From: Mytilus edulis
Taxonomy: Eukaryota
Assembly: GCF_963676685.1 (NCBI RefSeq)
Contig: NC_092355.1
Coordinates: forward strand, 62,248,001-62,312,000
Reading direction: 5' to 3'
DNA: 64,000 nucleotides
Shown here: one piece after another, positions 35,421 to 48,600 of the stretch
How the letters are laid out: every line of letters begins with the position of its first letter
Numbering within the stretch: the stretch's first letter is position 1
The notes under the pieces: generated by a model
Databases searched by the model: none
Seen by the model: only the letters and a program-made list of their open reading frames with translations
What the model was told of the DNA's origin: nothing
Made by a program: the position numbers and the translations under genes

Positions 35421-37296
35421 TCCCACCCATCCCACCCAAATGCATTATTATAGAGAAATTAAATACATTGCAAATAGATGTGGTATGATAACAATAAGAC
35501 GACTCTTGATCTAAGTATTTCTAAACATTATTTATAAAATATAAAATGTTACACAGAATGTTTATTCTCGAATGCAAACTTGAAATATACATCTATATCA
35601 TTATATTTTTCAGAAAGGATAGAGTTGGATGGACATGTATATGACTGGTATTCCAAACAATATTTGCAGTATTGTAGCAGTGTGGCGGAATATGATAAAC
35701 ATTTATATGCAGTTTTTTCGTGGACTATAAAGAAATTACTGACTTTACCGTGTATACTCTGTGAAATATTTTAATGACCATTTGACAATACAAATGATTA
35801 TTTTCTGTAGTTATTTTTTTTAAGTAACTGCCTTATATCTATTCAGTCCAAACAGTTCAGTTCAGATGTTTGGTCAGACTTCACAGGTCGTAATACTTGG
35901 TCTTGTTGGATTTTGCTTTTTGCTAAGTGAATTGATAATTGGTATTTTGTGTGTCAATTTGTTTATTCATTATCCAGAGGCGTAGAAATATGTCTATGGT
36001 AAAAACTATATCCATTGTTTACTGAATCGGTTACTTTCGTAGCAGATCTTTTGATCAAGAACATGATATTTTATTGGTTCAGATCATTGGTTTTTGTTGT
36101 TTTATATCAAACATAATTGTTTGAAGTTTAAGGTTTGGCTTCATTGACGGTCAATATATTGTAGCCCGAGGTATACGATGTTATCTATGGGCATGCGCAG
36201 TAAGGTATTACCTGGGTTATAACATTTTTTATTCAGGGGTGTACTTTAAAGAGCTGTTATTTGATTAGAATTGAAGGTCAATGCATTATTATATCTCACT
36301 CTAATCTTATCATATAATCAATATTTCATTTCGGGCGCTTTGCGCCCTTATAAAATCTGAAATTTACTGTAACATTTAATTCGGTCGATAGTTATTGTGT
36401 GTTGTTGCCAACTGATGGTTCACTTTTAAATTTTTCATCTTTGTTGTTTTAAGGCAGTAACATTACTTCCATTCTTTCGTCTGTAGCATTTTGAAAATCC
36501 TATTGATTCACATTGTTTTGGAAATAAAACTTTGACTTATCCATGGAAGTTTGTTTTTCGTGTTACATATATGTGCATCATAATTTCGTTTTCCTTTGAT
36601 CCCAGTTCTATTTTTACATTTTTATATGTCTTTTACTCTATCTAATGATGAATTGACTCAATATTTTTTTTTCTGGAGAAAAAATGCGTACTTTTTAAAT
36701 GGGGAGTGAAAATTTGCATTGCCAGACAAAAGTGAAAAAAACGATATATTTGGTTTTTTTTCAGAGATACAAATGCCTTGAAAAATGTTGAAAAAACAAT
36801 AAAAACAAAGCATTCCCCTTGCATATACAAAGTTGAAAAAAGTACAATAACTAACTTATAAAATGAAGTTTGTTCATACACCGAAACAATTCGTGTCTTT
36901 CTTTGTGCAGTTACAGAAATATTTCTATTGTAACTGGACAATGATTCCTTAAGTTTATATCTAGAATAATTATAGAGTTGTATTTCACATAACGAAATGA
37001 GCCGTAGGGTGTATTAAAACCTGATTGTAATCTGAAAAGAATATTTCACATTATTTGTATCTGTAAAATAGGATGAAAATACTACAAATCTTTGCAAAAA
37101 ATAATATTTGTTGACGTAATATAAGTCAGATAATGCATATTTATAGGTTTTTCCTGTCGTGTCACCCGCCTCGGGGCGTCAGGATTGTTCATTTGAATTT
37201 CAATTACTGACTACTAGACAATTTAGAATTTAATGCTTCATATCTCAATTGAGATACGCATTGCAATTATAGAATCTACAATTGTTAATTGACGCT

Positions 37297-39210
37297 ATGC
37301 ACTATGCAATAAGAATTCGTAACAAGACATAATAGTTATCAAAGGTACCAGGATTATAATTTTGTACGCCAGACGCGCGTTTCGTCTACATAAGACTCAT
37401 CAGTGACGCTCATATCAAAATATTTATAAAGCCAAACAAGTACAAAGTTGAAGAGCATTGAGAATCCTAATTTCCAAACAGTTGTGCCAAATACGGCTAA
37501 GGTAATCTATGCCTGAAATAAGAAAATCCTTAGTTTTTTCAAAAATTTAAAGTTTGGGAAACAGGAAATTTATAAAAATGACCACATAAAACGTTCCGAT
37601 AGATATTTGATTAACTTAGCACTATGCAATTAGAATTCGTAACAAGACAAATACTATCCGATAGATATTTGATTAACATAGCACTATGCAATCAGAATTC
37701 GTCACAAGACATAATACGATCCGATAGATATTTGATTAACTTAGCACTATGCAATTAGAAATCGTTACAAGACATAAAACGTTCCGATAGATATTTTATT
37801 AACTTAGCACTATGCAATTAGAATTCGTACCAAGACAAAATACAATCCGAAAGATATTTGATTAACCTAGCACTATGCAATTAGAATTCGTAACAAGACA
37901 TAATAGAATCCGATAGAAATTTGATTAACCTAGCACTATGTAATTAGAATTTGTAACAAGACAAAATACAATCCGAAAGATATTTGATTAACTTAGCACT
38001 ATGCAATTAGAATTCGTAACAAGACAAAATACAATCCGAAAGATATTTGATTAACATAGCACTATGCAATTAGAATTCGTAACAAGACAAAATATAATCC
38101 GAAAGATATTTGATTAACATAGCACTATGCAATTAGAATTCGTAACAAGACAAAATACAATCCGAAAGATATTTGATTAACATAGCACTATGCAATTAGA
38201 ATTCGTAACAAGACATAATAGAATCCGATAGATATTTGATAAACTAAGCACTATGCAATTAGAATTCGTAACAAGACAAAATACAATCCGAAAGATATTT
38301 GATTAACATAGCACTTTGTAATTATAATTCGTCACAGAATATATTATGATCCGACATAATTTTGATTAACCTAGCACTATGCAATCAGAATTCGTAACAA
38401 GACATAATACAATCCGATAGATATTTGATTAACCTAGCACTATGTAATTAGTATTCGTCACAGAATATATTATGATCCGACATAATTTTGATTAACCTAG
38501 CGCTATGTAATCAGAATTCGAAACAAGACTTAATACAATTCGATAGATATTTGATTAACATAGCACTATGTAATCATAATTCGTAACAAGACATAATACA
38601 ATCAGATAGATATTTGATTAACTCAGCACTATGCAATTAGAATTCGTCACAGAATATATTATGATCCGACATAATTTTGATTAACCTAGCACTATGTAAT
38701 CAGAATTCGTAACAAGACTTAATACAATCCGATAGATATTTGATTAACTTAGCACTATGCAATCAGAATTCGTAACAAGACTTAATACAATCCGATAGAT
38801 ATTAGATTAACCTAGGACTATGTAATCAGAATTCGTAACAAGACATACTACAATCCGATAGATATTTGATTAACCTAGCACTATGCAATTAGAATTCGTA
38901 ACAAGACATAATACAATCCGATAGATATTTGATTAACCTAGCTCTATGCAATTAGAATTCGTAACAAGACATACTACAATCCGATAGATATTTGATTAAC
39001 TTAGCACTATGCAATCAGAATTCGTAACAGGACATAACACAATCCAATAGATATTTGATCAACCTTGCACTATGCATTAGAAGTCGTAACAAGACATAAT
39101 ACGATCCGACATTATTTTGATTAACTTAGCACTATGCAATAATAATTCGTAACAAGACATAATAGCACCAGATAGATATTTGATTAACATAGCACTATGC
39201 AATTAGAATA
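37297..39210. repeat. 63-bp satellite array (EcoRI-containing), interrupted at 37334-37587 by a dispersed repeat
   Basis: Unit gcactatgcaattagaattcgtaacaagacataatacaatccgatagatatttgattaactta. Confidence 0.95.
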
Positions 39211-40739
39211 AATTATACTGGACTGATAGAGATTTTTTTCTTTTTACTTGTAGCAAGAAAACAAATTCGGTGACACCATTTTTTTTTCTTTTTATTTTCT
39301 TAAAATATATTACAAAAACTATCTTTTCATATTTTATTTAAAAATTCTATCTCATAGATTTTTTTATGCACACAAATGTGTTTTTTCCATTAACAATCTA
39401 ACCAAATTTAGGCAATTTTCAACGACTCATAGCTTGAAAAATAGCACGGTGACCTATAATTTTTATTATATTTTTGAAAAGAGCATAATAAAATCTTCAT
39501 TTTGGCTAAGTATAAGAAAATTCTGTCTCAAAAAATATTTACTTATGATCTACCTTAATATCTTTATTGAAAAGTCGAAATGATTTAAATCATAACAGGA
39601 GAGAACATTTTTCACATTTTATCGAATTTTAACATGAACGAACAAAAAAAAAACCAATTAAAAATAAATAGATTCTAAAATATAAAATGCACTTAGATCT
39701 CTTTATCGAACAGCTAGCATGCCTTAAAACTTCTAACATGCTCAGGTATGTTTGCATTGAACATACTGAATAGGGGTAAATGTTGTACGTAGTCACTTTG
39801 TTTTCTTTTAAATATGGCCTGTATACAGTAACAAGCCTTATAACTGGACAGTACTACGTCAGATACAATATGATATGTGTTCTATATTACAAACAATCAA
39901 AGGGGCATTAGCTATAATTACTACAAAAATAAAAATCTAATTTATTTCTCTTTCAATTTTTCATAAAAAAGAATATTGAAATAATTTTCGACATTGCAAG
40001 ACAGATATCAACTTGATACTTGACGTTCAAATCAGTCTTTTTTGTTGTTTCACTCATAAGAAGCTGGAAAAAAACATCAGTGATGTTATTTTGCCTTGTA
40101 AGTCCTCATGCATTCAACATTTCATTATGTTAACTTTGTTAGAGATAGGTTGCGCTGTCAGCTGTAAAGAACGAAACTAGGGGAGGCAGCAGCAGTATAC
40201 TAAAATAGATGATGCCACCAGGAAATACGCCCATCGAATAAGTGGCCAAGGTTCACATATCAATGTAGATTATTTGAACGTCATGTATCATGTTTATTAC
40301 ATCAAACAAATTGACTTACCTTCTAATAGTTATAAGTCTATTGATGAAACATTCATTTTTTTAATGATCATACGATGTATAGAGTTCTAAAGTGGATGTT
40401 GCTACGTGATTTCACATACGGGTATGATTATATTATTTGAACTTTGTCTACTTCGCCAGTCTGATTAAGTCACCCCAGTAAGATATAGACTGTTTATTGT
40501 CATCGTTGTGATAACGTGATGTCTAAAGATATCCGCACAATCTGTTTATTTTATTTTCAGATAGAAGCATTACGTATCATATGGAAAACCTTTTAAATAT
40601 TCATATTTGTTTACCTTAGTCCTGTTTCTTATTTTAGATATTCTACATAAAATGTAAAGCAATAAACTGAATAACTGAATAACATACAACGAGATCACGT
40701 ATATCAGATTGAATGAATTGATAACATAACATTATCATC

Positions 40740-41080
40740 GGAATCATGAGAATCATCAAAATCAAAAACATGAGAATCATCAAACTCATTAAAATCAAAA
40801 GCATGAGAATCATCAAACTCATTAAAATCAAAAGCATGAGAATCATCAAACTCATTAAAATCAAAAGCATGAGAATCATCAAACTCATTAAAATCAAAAG
40901 CATGAGAATCATCAAACTCATTAAAATCAAAAGCATGAGAATCATCAAACTCATTAAAATCAAAAACATGAAAATCATCAAACTCATTAAAATCAAAAAC
41001 ATGAGAATCATCAAACTCATTAAAATCAAAAGCATGAGAATCATTAAAATCAAAAGCATGAGAATCATTAAATTAGAATG
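40740..41080. repeat. 33-bp minisatellite, ~9-10 copies
   Basis: catgagaatcatcaaactcattaaaatcaaaag; source of the repetitive ORFs on both strands. Confidence 0.95.
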
Positions 41081-41329
41081 ATCAGAATCAGAACAATCGT
41101 CTTCCTTATTGTCTTTAGATTCATTAAATTTATAATAAAAATAGATACTAGTTTGAATAAATGTTCATGCACTCATCTTTAAATTATATGCATTTAAACT
41201 TCTCTTGTTTTAACTGGATGACGTCATTACGAGTTTGTTAAACGTTATAGTATATCTGTTGACGAAGGATGTTCCAATCGTCGTTATCACAATTCTGTCC
41301 TCATTTCCCAAAATCTGATCTAACAATTT

Positions 41330-41510
41330 GAAACTAGACTTATCACTACTTTTTTACTTACATGCACAACATGACGGGTGCCACCTGTGGAGGAGCATTT
41401 ACGTACCCTTCCAGAGCACCTGAGATCACCGCCGGTTTTTCGTTGGGTTTGTGTTGCTCAGTCTCTAGTTTTCAATGTTTTGTTTTGTATACTATTGTTT
41501 GTCTTTTTGT
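41330..41510 (+). mobile_element. SINE fragment (Meta/MESC-core-like)
   Basis: acgggtgccac...tacccttccagagcacctgagatcacc...gttgctcagtct resembles the widespread molluscan SINE core (recalled, not searched). Confidence 0.6.
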
Positions 41511-41634
41511 CTTTTTCTCCTTTTTTTCTCCTTTTTTTTTGTTTCTGTCGTCTTTCTATTATAGTAATCTTTTCTATCGGAGGATATACAAATTTGGGAC
41601 TCTTATGACACAATTTAACTTGTTAAATTTAGAA

Positions 41635-42420
41635 AGGGGGGTCAAGTGTGCTTTTTCTCGTCACTTGGCGACCGTCGTTCGTCGTCGTTAGTCGTCGTCC
41701 GTTAACTTTTACAAAACTCTTCTCCTCTGAAACTACTCGGCCAAATTGAACAACACTTGGCCTAAGTCTTCCTTTGAGTATCTTATTGAAAAACATGTAC
41801 CCATAGTCACAGCCCACCAACCAAGATGGCCGTCATGGCGAAAAATAGAACATATGGGTAAAATGTAGATTTTGGCTTATATCTCTGAAACCAAAGCATT
41901 TAGAGCAAATCTGATATGGTGTAAAATTGTTCATTAGTTCAAGATCTATTTGCCCTGAAATTGTTAGAAAAATCAAACAACATGTTGATGGGCTGTGGTC
42001 CCTGAGTTATTAGTTTTAAGAACATCTTGCAGTTTTTGGTTATTTTCTTCAATATTAGTGTAGATAGAGATAATCTGTAAACAACAAGAATGTTCAGTAA
42101 AATAAGATCTACAAATTAATCAAAATGATAAAAATTGTTAATTGATCCTTTTTTTTTTAAATTGGCCAAGTAAAATTAATCTTTGCCAAATTCTTATTTG
42201 AGTATCTTGATTGAAAAAAATTATCTGATGACGCCACCCTACAACCAAGATCTACAAATTAATCAAAATGATAAAAATTGTTAATTGATCCTTGTTTTTT
42301 AAATTGGCCAAGTAAAATTAAACTTAGCCAAATTCTTATTAGAGTATCTTGACTGAAAAAAATTATCTGATGACGCTGCCCTACAACCAACATGGTCACC
42401 ATGGGTAAAAGTAGAAATAT
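41635..42420 (+). mobile_element. Helentron-like non-autonomous element (second copy at 23652-24210)
   Basis: tcacttggcg, (GTC)n microsatellite, aactcttctcctctgaaactact core, accaagatggccg motifs. Confidence 0.65.
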
Positions 42421-44815
42421 AGGTGTTTACTATAAAAGTTAAGGGGGAAATGTAAAAATAAACAATTTCAAAACTTGAAAACTAATTTAAATAATGATAA
42501 GGGGTCTTCAGTAACTATTGTAAGACAGCAATGGGATGACTTGCATTTTTGTCTTTGAGGGGATGCAAGTTGTTCACGGGTTTGGGGAGGGGGTGCTAAT
42601 AACTCCTCCTTGATATGTTCCATTTTCAGAATTATTCAGTGTTTTTTCTGAAAACCATTGTTATATCTTTTTATAAGCATAGATTCATCGGGTGAATGCC
42701 CCCATGACCAGACAGGTAAGTCGGGGTTTAGACCCTTGTCCAATTTATTTTATTCTAAAAAATTTCATATAAAACAGAACAACATTACAATTTCAAGCAC
42801 ATACTTTGATTAAAACAGAATAAAAGAATAATGCTTCAATCCAGAAACATGCCAATAATTATTATAAATCTATTTCAATTGATATTTACTTTAGATAGAC
42901 AAATTAAAGTTTGTTCTGGGGTCAAACATGCTAGGCGATATGTATACACTACAAAGCATAACATATATGTTTATTATAATACTTGATAGAGTTATTCCAC
43001 ACAGTACACGTTGTTTTCTTTTTTTGGAAGCTGCATTCACTATGGTTTATTTTGGATTCTTTCGTTGTTGTGAATCTACATTCTATATCCTCTCGATACA
43101 GTTTTTTTATTCATCTGGATTAAGTGCCGATACATTAGAAGGCATCTTTAACAGACCGCTTCCGCGAAGGTATTTAAATTATTGTTTATGCGTCGGGAAA
43201 CCATACGTCGAGTCTTATCTGCAGAATGTTACGTGGGATTTTGCAATAAGGAGTTGAAGATGAGTGGTGAAAAACGAACTTTTTTTGTAATGGAAATTGG
43301 GAAGGAATAATAAAGAAACTACATTGTACTTAACTTTTTCTTTTAAAATGATACTTTCAGGACCCGAACACAATAATGTATAACGGCTACAACATGCACA
43401 TAGGAGCTGCTACCATGGAAGGATACAAAGAAAGAATATTATCTTATTTAGAAATTTAAACGACGGATTTCAAAGTGTTATATCAGCGTATCTTTAACAA
43501 CCAATTATAAGACAGAACACGCAATAGTTCAGTGACTGTTTAGTGCTGACATATTGTATAAGGTCATAATAATCCTCCTATCTTTTTACTTTATAACTTG
43601 TTATTCGTACGGTGTAGTGTTGGAGCGTTTTAATCCCCGAACGTGTATATAGTCTGATAATTACATTTGGAAGTTTATCGTATTTTCTTTGTCAACGACA
43701 AAATTCTCAGCTACATTCTAATCAGATTCAGGTCTTATTCAATATTACAGGGATATAAGTATCCCTTACATACCTACATAAGAGTTATTTCTTTCAGAAC
43801 GTCAGGTCACCCAGACGATACCAAGTTTCAATGAAATTTTCTTCAAGGTCATTATTTTCCCGATTGAAATGCAAACTATAATTTACTGTAACATTTAATT
43901 CGGTCGATAGTTATTGTGTGTTGTTGCCAACTGATGGTTTACTTTTAAATTTTTCATATTTGTTGTTTTAAGGCAGTAACAATACTTCCTTTCTTTCGTC
44001 TGTAGCATTTTGAAAATCCTATTGATTCACATTGTTTTGGAAATAATACTTTGACTTATACATGGAAGTTTGTTTTTCGCGTTACATATGTGTGCATCAC
44101 AATTTCGTTTTCCTTTGATCCCAGTTCTATTTTTACAATTTTATACTCTTTTTCTCTACTCTATCTAATGATGAATTGACTCAATATTTTTTTCTATAGA
44201 AAAAATACGTTCTTTTTAAATGGGAGTGAAAAGTTGCATTGACAGACAAAAGTGAAAAAAAACGATATATTTGTTTTTTTCAGTAATACAAATGCCTTGA
44301 AAAATGTTGAAAAAACAATAAAAACAAAGCATTCCCCTTTCATAAACAAAGTTGATAAAAGTACAATAACTAACTTATAAAATGAAGTTTGTTCATACAC
44401 CGAAACAATTCGTGTCTCTCTTTGTGCAGTTACAGAAATATTTCTATTGTAACTGGACAATGATTCCTAAAGTTTATATCTAGAATAATTATAGAGTTGT
44501 ATTACACATAACGAAATGAGCTGTAGGGTGTATTAAAACCTGATTGTAATCAGAAAAGAATATTCCACCTTTTTTATATCTAGAATAATTATAGAGTTGT
44601 ATTACACATAACGAAATGAGCCGTAGGGTGTATTAAAACCTGATTGTAATCAGAAAAGAATATTCCACCTTTTTTTCTCGGTATCATAGGATGGAAATAC
44701 TACAATTCTTTGCAGAAAATAATATTTGTTGACGTAATATAAGTCAGATAATGCATTTTTAAGGGTTTTTCTTGTCGTGTCACCCGCCTCGGGGCGTCAG
44801 GATTGTTTATTTGAA
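41695..44815 (+). other. Segmental duplication copy B (empty of both DIRS elements)
   Basis: Collinear with copy A; uninterrupted at 43682 and 43880; has private ~100-145 bp tandem duplications near 42105-42390 and 44476-44675. Confidence 0.9.
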
Positions 44816-45049
44816 CAATACTGACGTCCCTCGGTATGTTCTACTTCAAGAAAAACTTTTAAAATATGCATTTTCCATAACAACTAGTAGCATGGTTTCA
44901 TAGTGTATCTAGTTGGTGTTGGGCCAGACCACTAATCACCATTTTCTGTGAAAAATAACCTCAACATCGAGATATGAGTGTCGTCATTGTGTCTATCTTA
45001 GTTATAATGTAAAGAAGATTTCTTTTGCAAGCAAATTTACCATCGTGTC

Positions 45050-46857
45050 AATCGGACATAATACAATCCAATAGATACTTGATAAATGTAGAGTTCGTAA
45101 CAAGTTATAGTACATTCCATTAGATACTTCATTTACTTAGCACTATAAAATAATAATTCGTAACAAGACAGAACACAATCCAATAGATATTTGATAAATG
45201 TAGAGTTCGTAACAAGTTATAGTACATTCCATTAGATACTTCATTTACTTAGCACTATGCAATAATAATTCGTAACAAGATAGAACACAATCCAATAGAT
45301 ACTTGATAAATGTAGAATTCGTAACAAGTTATAGTTCATTCCATAAGATACTTCATTTACTTAGCACTATGCAATAAGAATTCGTAACAAGACAGAACAC
45401 AATCCGATAGATACTTGATAAATGTAGAGTTCGTAACAAGTTATAGTTCATTCCATTAGATACTTCATTTACTTAGCACTATGCAATAAGAATTCGTAAC
45501 AAGACAGAACACAATCCAATAGATACTTGATAAATGTAGAGTTCGTAACAAGTTATAGAATATTCCCTTAGATACTTCATTTACTTAGCACTATGCAATA
45601 AGAATTCGTAACAAGACAGAACACAATCCAATAGATATTTGATAAATGTAGAATTCGTAACAAGTTATAGTACATTCCCTTAGATACTTCATTTACTTAG
45701 CACTATGCAATAAGAATTCGTAACAAGACAGAACACAATCCAATAGATACTTCATTTACTTAGCACTATGCAATAAGAATTCGTAACAAGACAGAACACA
45801 ATCCAATAGATACTTGATAAATGTAGAGTTCGTAACAAGTTATAGTACAGATTCGTAACAAGACATAATACAATCTGATAGATATTTGATTAACTTAGCA
45901 CTATGCAATCAGAATTCGTAACAAGACTTAATACAATCCGATAGATATTTGATAAACCGTACACTATGCAATCAGAATTCGTAACAAGACATAATACAAT
46001 CCGATAGAAATTTGTTTAACTTAGCACTATGCAATTAGAACTCGTAAGAAGATATTATACAATCCGATAGATATTTGATTAACTTAGCACTATGCAAGTA
46101 TAATTTATGACAAGACATAATACGATCCAAAAGATATTTGATTAACTTAGTACTATGCAATTAGAACTCGTAACAAGACAAAGAACAATCCGAAAGATAT
46201 TTGATTATCATCGCACTATGCAATCAGAATTCGTCACATGACATAATACAATCAAACAGATATTTGATTAACCTAGCACTATGCAATTAGAATTCTTAAC
46301 GAGCCATAATACGATCCGACAAATATTTTATTAACTTAGCACTATGCAATTAGAATTCGTAACAAGACATAAAACGTTCCGATAGATATTTCATTAACTT
46401 AGCACTATGCATTTAGAATTAGTAACAAGATATAAAACGTTCCGATATATATTTGATTAACTTAGCACTATGCAATCAGAATTTGTCACAAGACATATTA
46501 CGATCCGATAGATATTTGATTCACTTAGCACTATGCAATTAGAATTTGTAACAAGACATAAAAAGTTCCGATAGATATTTGATTAACATAGCACTATGCA
46601 ATTATAATTCGTAATAAGACATAATACAATCCGATTAATATTTGATTAACTCAGCACTTTGCAATTATAATTCGTAACAATACATAAAACGTTCCGATAG
46701 ATATTTGATTAACTTAGCACTATGCAAACAGAATTCGTACCAAGACATAATACAATCCGATAGATATTTGATTAACCGTACACTATGCAGTCAGAATTCG
46801 TAACAAGACATGATAATACAATCCGATAGATATTTGATAAACCGTACACTATGCAAT
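45050..46857. repeat. 63-bp satellite; first ~800 bp organised as a 112-bp (63+49) dimer
   Basis: gagttcg recurs at 45091 and 45203; plain 63-bp units from ~45850. Confidence 0.93.
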
Positions 46858-47256
46858 TGGTTCATGACAATCCAATAGGCTCAACATATATAGCTAGAGC
46901 AATTCTTACAATCAATGACCTTATCATTTCAGTGAATGTGATGATCATAAAATATTATATATCAAGAAGTTCAATATTATAGGTACAATTTTGTTAAATA
47001 TTTGTGTATTATCGAATGAGTATGACAGTTACATGAATACATAATGTCAAGTATATTATACTTCAAATTTGTTTACTTATCTCATTTAGATAAACGATAG
47101 TTTAACACAACACTTATTTTTATCAGTTGTTATATTTACAATGTTGTAATCCTCGTGCGAAATTACTGACTGCTAGACAATTAAGAATTTAATGCTTCAT
47201 ATCTCAATTGAGATACGCATTGCAATTATAGAATCTATAATTGTTAATTGACGCTA

Positions 47257-48600
47257 TGCACTGTGCAATAAGAATTCGTAACAAGACATAATACAATCTG
47301 ATAGATTTCTGATTTACATAGTACTATGCACATGATGCAATCAGAATTCGTTACAAAACATAATACAATCTGATAGATATTTGATTAACTTAGCACTATG
47401 CAATTAAGCTCGTAATAAGAAATAATACAATTCGATAGATAGTTGTTTAACATAGCACTATGCAAGTATAAATCATAACAAGACATAATACGATCCAAAA
47501 GATATTTGATTAACTTTGCACTATGCAATTAGAATTCGTAACAAGACAAATACAATCCGATAGATATTTGATTAACATAGCACTATGCAATCAGAATTCG
47601 TCACAAGACAAATACAATCCGATAGATATTTGATTAACATAGCACTATGCAATCAGAATTCGTCACAAGACATCATACGATCCGATAGATATTTGATAAA
47701 CTTAGCACTATGCAGTTAGAATTCGTCACAAGACATTATACGATCCAATAGATATTTGATTAACTCAGCACTATGCAGTTAGAATTCGTCACAAGACATC
47801 ATACGATCCAATAGATATTTGAGTAACTTAGCACTATGCAGTTAGAATTCGTCACAAGACATCATACGATCCAATAGATATTTGAGTAACTTAGCACTAT
47901 GCAATTAGAATTAATAACAAGACATAATACAATCCGATAGATATTTGATTAACTTAGCACTATGCAATTATAATTTGTAACAAGACATTAAACGTTCCGA
48001 TAGATATTTGATTAACTTAGCACTATGCAATTGTAATTCGTAACAAGACATTATACGATCCAATAGATATTTGATTCACTTAGCACTATGCAATCAGAAT
48101 TCGTGACAAGACATAGTACGATCCGATATATATTTGATTAACTTAGCACTATGCAATTAGAATTCGTAACAAGACATAATACGATCCGATTGATATTTGA
48201 TTAACTTAGCACTATGCAATTAGAATTCTTAACGAGACACAATACGATCCGATAGATATTTGATTAACCGTACACTATGCAATCAGAATTCGCAACAAGA
48301 CATAATACAATCCGATAGAAATTTGATTAACTAGTAAGCACTATGCAATCAGAATTCGTAACAAGACAAAAACCAATCCGAAAGCTATTTGATTATGATA
48401 GCACTATGCAATTAGAATTCGTAACAAGACATAATACAATCCGATATATACTTGATTAATCTAGCACTATGCAATCAGAATTCGTAACAAGACAAAAACC
48501 AATCCGAAAGCTATTTGATTATGATAGCACTATGCAATCAGAATTCGTAACAAGACATAATACAATCCGATAGATATTTGATTAACCGTACACTATGCAA
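47257..48600. repeat. Third 63-bp satellite array
   Basis: Same unit; preceded by the same ~100-bp lead-in as 37202-37297. Confidence 0.95.

Larger units (their letters stand above)
30859..36364 (+). mobile_element. DIRS1-like tyrosine-recombinase retrotransposon, element 2 (different family)
   Basis: ~150-bp ITRs (30881-31030 / 36150-36299), ICR at 35301-35420, gag/pol/YR remnants, AATT at both ends, empty site at 43880. Confidence 0.95.
23652..37195 (+). other. Segmental duplication copy A (interrupted by two DIRS elements)
   Basis: 23652-25594, 30668-30858 and 36365-37195 align collinearly with 41695-44815. Confidence 0.9.

Noticed and set aside
40643-41081. Hydrophobic and basic repeat proteins on both strands
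   Set aside because: By-product of a stop-free 33-bp minisatellite; no unique coding flanks.
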